DNA of 64,000 nucleotides from Plasmodiophora brassicae (Eukaryota): NCBI GenBank assembly GCA_036867785.1, contig CP145416.1, positions 806,001 to 870,000 of the forward strand, read 5' to 3'. Shown piece by piece: positions 63,721 to 64,000 of this stretch (position 1 is its first letter; each line of letters starts with the position of its first letter). The notes under the pieces were generated by a model. It saw only the letters and a program-made list of their open reading frames with translations, ran no database searches and was not told where the DNA came from. The position numbers and the translations under genes were made by a program.

Positions 63721-64000
63721 TGCTCCTCGGTCACGTGCGTTGGTCACAACTCACAACGCGCCTGCTGTCATGGAAAGAGGGTCACCCGCGAATCCACGGA
63801 GCCTTGACGTTACGGTCGTGTCGGCGTAACACCCGATGGCCCCGCGCTGGCCGGGTGGGCACCGGAGCTACGTAGGTAGGTAGACGGCCCTGCCGCGCAT
63901 AAGCGCTCTGCCCCACATTGGTTAGCAGCTGCTTGATCATTGATAAACGGACGGAAAGGTTTATAAACAGACAGAAACGTTTATGTGGAACTGTTAATCT

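Overview
This is a gene-dense, GC-rich eukaryotic window with many ~50-nt introns and very short intergenic gaps. The style suggests a plasmodiophorid such as Plasmodiophora brassicae, which is an inference and not verified. It holds about 27 host genes, including condensin CAP-G, RRN3, PQ-loop, PTP, TPR, TLC, Pam18, UTP25, ADCK1, a Med29-like gene, striatin, Moco sulfurase, SPC3, NCA2, DUF3228, a C2H2 zinc finger, two histidine acid phosphatases, a PAS-PAS hybrid histidine kinase, Pin1, PEX13 and ULK4/RUNKEL. Mobile DNA comprises a truncated LINE joined to an inverted, diverged copy of itself, a GGTTC-rich hAT/MITE-like relic, and a fully delimited 2,659-bp PIF/Harbinger-like transposon (13-bp TIRs, CAA TSD, two divergent genes, two perfect inverted repeats). 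The best candidate for an undescribed system is a tandem pair of receptor-like genes at 47.2-55.1 kb. In both, a 5'-nucleotidase (CD73/UshA) ectodomain has lost every metal ligand and the catalytic His but keeps most of the nucleoside pocket, and it is fused to Cys-rich repeats and a ~8-9 TM domain, suggesting an extracellular purine/nucleoside sensor. All assignments come from manual motif recognition, and exon boundaries of spliced genes are approximate.
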